Shown here: piece by piece, positions 59,486 through 64,000 of the stretch
Layout of the letters: each line of letters opens with the position of its first letter
How positions within the stretch are numbered: position 1 is the stretch's first letter
Source: Tubulanus polymorphus
Taxonomy: Eukaryota; Animalia; Nemertea
NCBI RefSeq assembly: GCF_964204645.1
Contig: NC_134031.1
Coordinates: 7,812,001-7,876,000 of the forward strand
Length of the DNA: 64,000 bases
Direction of reading: 5' to 3'
Notes under the pieces: model-generated
The model's input: the letters and a program-made list of their open reading frames with translations, nothing else
What the model was told of the DNA's origin: nothing
The model's database searches: none
Translations under genes and position numbers: made by a program

Positions 59486-60720
59486 CTACATATGATCACT
59501 CAAGACAGCAGTCAGCAGTTTCAAGAGTCGCACGTTGGTATTACAGTTCCCAGCGGAGTAGCGGTTGCCAGCTACATCACGTTTCCCGGCAGAAATGCGA
59601 TCCTTACGGAAGGATGATTGCGGAATATTGCGTCTCATATTTTTGGAGTGATTTCTGGGACGTATAGATGGATGATCCTGCTGAGTGCTTCTTGTCGCTT
59701 TTAACGTTGTGTAGTTGACCAGTTGAAGACCCAAAAGAGGGTTCAGGACAGTTTTCAAGTTTCGCACAAACATACGAACACCGGATTTCGATAGGTGAAT
59801 ACCATCACTATTGAACATCCCGGAATGATCAAGCGCGTGATCGATTAAGTGGACACCATCGAGGTTCCTCGCAAATTCGTTAAAAGATTCACATTTAGCG
59901 GAATATTCGTCACAGACACGCGGCAATGGTAGGGAGATGCAAACAGTAGCATCCGAAGAAATCTCTTTGCACTTCTCAATGAGAACTCTCGTTTCTTTTA
60001 TACAGGTATCTGCAGATTGCCTTGCAAGGCTATTGTCGGCCACATGTAGGACAAACACATTCACCAAGCCAGTGTATCTATCCACAAAATCGATGGCACC
60101 ACTGATTGTTTTATCTCGCAGAGTTTCTATTTTACACTTCTCATAACGAAACATCCTTTTCGCAATCAAGTTCTGCGTATGAGAGTTTCCAATAATCAGA
60201 ACATCGGTAACATTCGATTCGCTATCGGGTCCTACAGACGGAGTAGATGGATTACTTGGAGGAGCTTCGTGAGCTCGCGGTGTCAGAACTTCGGTTTCAA
60301 CTTCGGTTGATCTGCTTTGGTACGGTTTACGTCGTTTTTCAACACGAATGATTGGAGTTGGGTCCAAACTGGACGCATGATGACTCTATAGTGACAGACA
60401 TTCATCGTTCAGTTTATCAATTGTGAGCTTTGCTTCCTTAAGGTCTGCATCAAACTCAGAACATATCACGTTAGAAGATTCAATTTGTTCGTGGAGGGAG
60501 TTTATTTCTTTAACATTGATCTCGTTCATCTTTTTAGCCGAAATGAGGTCGCAGAAGAATTCGTCTGCAGCCTGTTTATGTTTACGCAATTCATCACTTT
60601 GGAGAAGCATTTCCTCGTGAATTTTTCTCATCTCGGTAGAGAACTTCTCATTTTGCAGAAACAATTCATCCGATTTATTCTTAAATTACCAGTTTCAAGT
60701 CAGCGCAATCTCTGCACGTA
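59486..60720 (-). mobile_element. LINE ORF1 remnant: coiled coil plus SGNH/GDSL esterase
   Basis: IIGNS, LHVADN and DGIHL esterase blocks preceded by a coiled-coil fragment (60386-60664); typical of RTEX/CR1/L2 ORF1. Confidence 0.7.
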
Positions 60721-61229
60721 CTAATGGTAGTTGAGGTTTTCGATGCATTTTTAGGGTTTCTGCTGCCTTGGCAGAAACCCTATTGGATTCCTCCTGATTA
60801 TTATTTTAACATATTTTCCACTAAATTTTGTCACATAAAAATCATCTTCTATCAGATTCGACTACTAACAGCTTTTAAACGAAATGTTAAACTCTGATAA
60901 TAATATAACAGTCTCTTGCTGCGCGTAGTTTCTATGGATGTACTGTGCTTCCTATTTTAAACTTGAAGTTACTTAAAGATAACACCGGTGGAAATAGCAA
61001 TCATCAATCATGGCGCGGATACTGGCGTACTGGCGCGAATTTGAAAGTTTGTGACGTCATTTCATAAATAAAAAAAGAAGGAAGGCTCCGAGAATATCCA
61101 AATCACAGGTTACTGTGAATAACTGGGGTTCGACCATTCACAAGTTAAAAAATGTACTTCCTTGTTTGTGAAGTAAGTTTATTCATACTGTTAGTAAAAG
61201 CAGTTCCTTTTAAACATTCTATAATAGTT

Positions 61230-61580
61230 TTCACTTATGTGTATTAATTAGTCGTTTGATTGCTTGCTTTAAGATACATTTCATGACATGTACTACGATT
61301 GTGGTGAGTTTTAAGGTCATTGGGTTTTGCATATGGTCACCAGGGGGGTTGAATAGTAGAATAACTAAGCATTTCCATATTAAATAGGTAACGAGGCATA
61401 TTTTGTTATCACAATCGATTACAAAATCATAGCTGCTCACATGTTCTATGATTGTGGTGGGTTTCAAGGTCATTGGTTTTTGTATATGGTCACTAGAGGG
61501 CGTTATGTATTGAAATTGTTAGATTGTTGAGCATTTGAAACCACTTCCCAAGTGAGCATGGTGTCCCTGGACCCCTAGTT
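61230..61580 (+). mobile_element. HINE-like copy (3' part)
   Basis: Two core repeats and the family 3' end ttcccaagtgagcatggtgtccctggacccctagtt. Confidence 0.75.
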
Positions 61581-62760
61581 TGGTTTTGTCGCCCGCGACA
61601 ATTCATTATTTTGGTTTTGTTGCATGCAACATGAGTCCTCCCCATCATCGCGCGATCCCTGCTGATCCCAGTAACATATGCGATATTTTGCACCACCATT
61701 TTTCTTTATAATCTTCTCAATTTGACCATACCAAAGGCTACAGTCCCCAGTATCCGAGTCATACCAGGAATGGCCTATTTGTCGGCCAACTGCCCGCCTC
61801 TCTAATACTTCTATGAACAGGAACACGAGTGGACTTGGCAAGTTTTTCCATCCGGTTCCGATCGGAAGTGTCTTTTTTTGACGTTTATTATGCACTCTCT
61901 TTGTCAGTTCTGTAACAATATCGGCCCGTTTGCGGCGCCGTTCTTAGTTTCGTTTTCTACCCTTGTTTACAGCAAATTTTAGGATTTCACTACGTTCTTC
62001 TGGAGTTAATCCCAGAAAATATGAAAATGTTTTGTTTTTTAGGGATCGTATGACCGCGGAGTGGAAGGCGATCACTGCGTTAGGAGCTGATTTTTGAGAA
62101 TCACTAAACATTCCCATCACAGCTTCTGCATCAATGTTATGTGACCGCGCTGACGACACTTGTTGTTTCATCTCGTCAGTTATTTTCATCTGAAAATATC
62201 TGGCATACTGTCTTTCAATTACAATCACAACAGCATTGAGCGATGCTGTCATCATCTCATAGAAGAGAGATCCATTGCTTGATTCTTTCAACAGATTACG
62301 GAGAACAGTGAGCTTCAGTTTGCCTGCTGAATCAGTCGGTTCGTCAGCTGGAAATAAGTTGTTCCCAAAAAAGTCTGTATTACGGGTAAAGATTGTTCTG
62401 ACATCTACTAGTTGATTCTTAATTTCCTTTTCCACACCCTTGACCACTTCAATACCCTCATAATGATTTGTTTCATTTTCTGCCGCTGTATAGAACGTCT
62501 GCATCCATGGGCCCGATAACAGTTTTCCAAGAATACCAGCTATATTGAGTTCTACTAGTGCATTTGGGTGATCAAAATCTTGAAGCAGGCTCTACCTCAA
62601 CCCACCGAGTGATGTGCCTTTAGATAGGAAATTCAAGAATAAATTGTGATGTACATACAATTTCCCGCATATATTGAAGAATATGTGTAACCTATTTCCT
62701 CGATACCTGGGTAGAAATCCGAGTGGTAGGTTTTGTTCTTTAAGAAACACTTTAAAGCCA
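61581..62760 (-). pseudogene. Fragment of a DNA-transposon-like ORF (divergent DDE/hAT-like; family uncertain)
   Basis: Disrupted reading frames with PRYRGNRLHIFF, GILGKLLSGPW and HNIDAEAVMG; intronless; embedded in the TE cluster. Confidence 0.5.
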
Positions 62761-63529
62761 GAGGATTATGTTACTAGCAAAGCAATCTTTGCCAAACAGT
62801 TTCCCTGCATAACTTTCACGATGATTTGATAACGCTAATTTTCGGGAAATTCAAGATGGCGGACCAATCGGGATTTTGACATCGCAAATTCCGCTATCAA
62901 ATTCATCAACTGGGCATTCATTATGGAACTAGAGACCATCTTTACTCAATAGAAAACATATTGTTGTATCAGTATATCAATAATTCGAAAGAATACAGAC
63001 TCACCTCAATGTTAATTTTCTTGAAAACCAAGCACTATCTTCTTCAAAATTCAATATTTTCACTTCTAGACCAGCGAACAGAAAAATTCGAAAACGAGGC
63101 ACATCCGGGCACCTTGCTACATTAATTATGCATGTTTAAGAGGTTGGTTGGTCACATGGACCAATGAGAAAGCTCAAATTTCAACACACCTTCTCTGAGA
63201 CATCCAAAAATAGATCACGCATTCAGCGTACAACAATGTCGATCGCTGAACGGGTGATAAGCCACGTACCTAGTCAGACAAGTCGTCCGGGCTATTCTGA
63301 CAGAACTGATTTTGACTCAAAGCCGTGAGATGCATATGGAGTTCCCATGTTCCCCGTAGTATGTTCCTCACACGACCCATGTTCCCCGCAGAAGCCTCGA
63401 CTGCCAAAGCTGGCTTCGTGCACTGTGGACTGTGCCGCGGACCCAAAATTACAATCTGACGGAGACGGCAGTTCTAGATGTGTTAATAGAATGATATGGC
63501 AAAACGAGAATTTAAGAAAGTTCATACAA

Positions 63530-63808
63530 CATACAACAATGATTAGTCTCTCTGGGGAACATACAACAATGATTAGTCTCTCTGGGGAACATACAACAAT
63601 GATTGGTCTCTCTGGGGAACATACAACAACGCTTGGTCTCTCTGGGGAACATACAACAATGATTGGTCTCTCTGGGGAACATACAACAATGATTAGTCTC
63701 TCTGGGGAACATACAACAATGTAAGACTCTCTTGGGAACATACAACAATGATTGGTCTCTCTGGGGAACATACAACAATGATTAGTCTCTCTGGGGAACA
63801 TACAACAA
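63530..63808. repeat. 30-bp minisatellite, 9 copies plus a partial
   Basis: Unit catacaacaatgatt(a/g)gtctctctggggaa, head to tail with no spacers. Confidence 0.95.
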
Positions 63809-64000
63809 AGCTGAGGGATTACTACGAAACGGAGTCAAGCCTTAGCTTAACCAATTTATTAACCAAGTCGCACACAATTATAGAGATTTCGGGATCGTTG
63901 TTATTGTAGGACATCGGAAAAGCGAATTTATCAGTGTGAGACAGAGTCCTGAAATCGGTAAAATAATCATGATCGGTCAAAGACTCAAAATGTAGATAAC

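Noticed and set aside
63530-63808. CRISPR-like 30-bp periodicity and repetitive ORFs
   Set aside because: Units are contiguous with no unique spacers, there are no cas genes, and the context is eukaryotic. It is a minisatellite and the ORFs are by-products.

Overview
AT-rich, intron-containing animal genomic DNA, probably from an invertebrate (TTAGGG-type repeats, GT-AG introns). Three spliced host genes can be reconstructed by hand. (1) A ClC-2-type chloride channel on the minus strand, 17 coding exons in the window (126-20796), running off the left edge. (2) An uncharacterised 188-aa gene on the plus strand (21298-34726), head-to-head with the channel and built from four copies of a KPxL(R/K)xxTMxxTAKE motif. 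(3) RPL22 on the minus strand (40351-43890), whose intron 2 holds a box C/D snoRNA with a 28S rRNA guide and whose intron 1 holds a multibranch RNA structure. The rest is largely transposons. These include a near-intact DIRS1 element (ITRs, ICR, gag, RT-RNaseH-methyltransferase, tyrosine recombinase) in a channel intron, a second DIRS-like gag fragment, many Helentron-associated (HINE-like) copies, and MITEs with 5, 6 and 9 bp TSDs. A nested TE cluster at 44-64 kb, in which I found no host gene, contains an RTEX-like LINE, a ZMYM1-type hAT, an esterase ORF1 and a nearly full-length three-zinc-finger + Myb R2-clade retrotransposon with no flanking rDNA. Family assignments are from motif recognition only; no searches were run.
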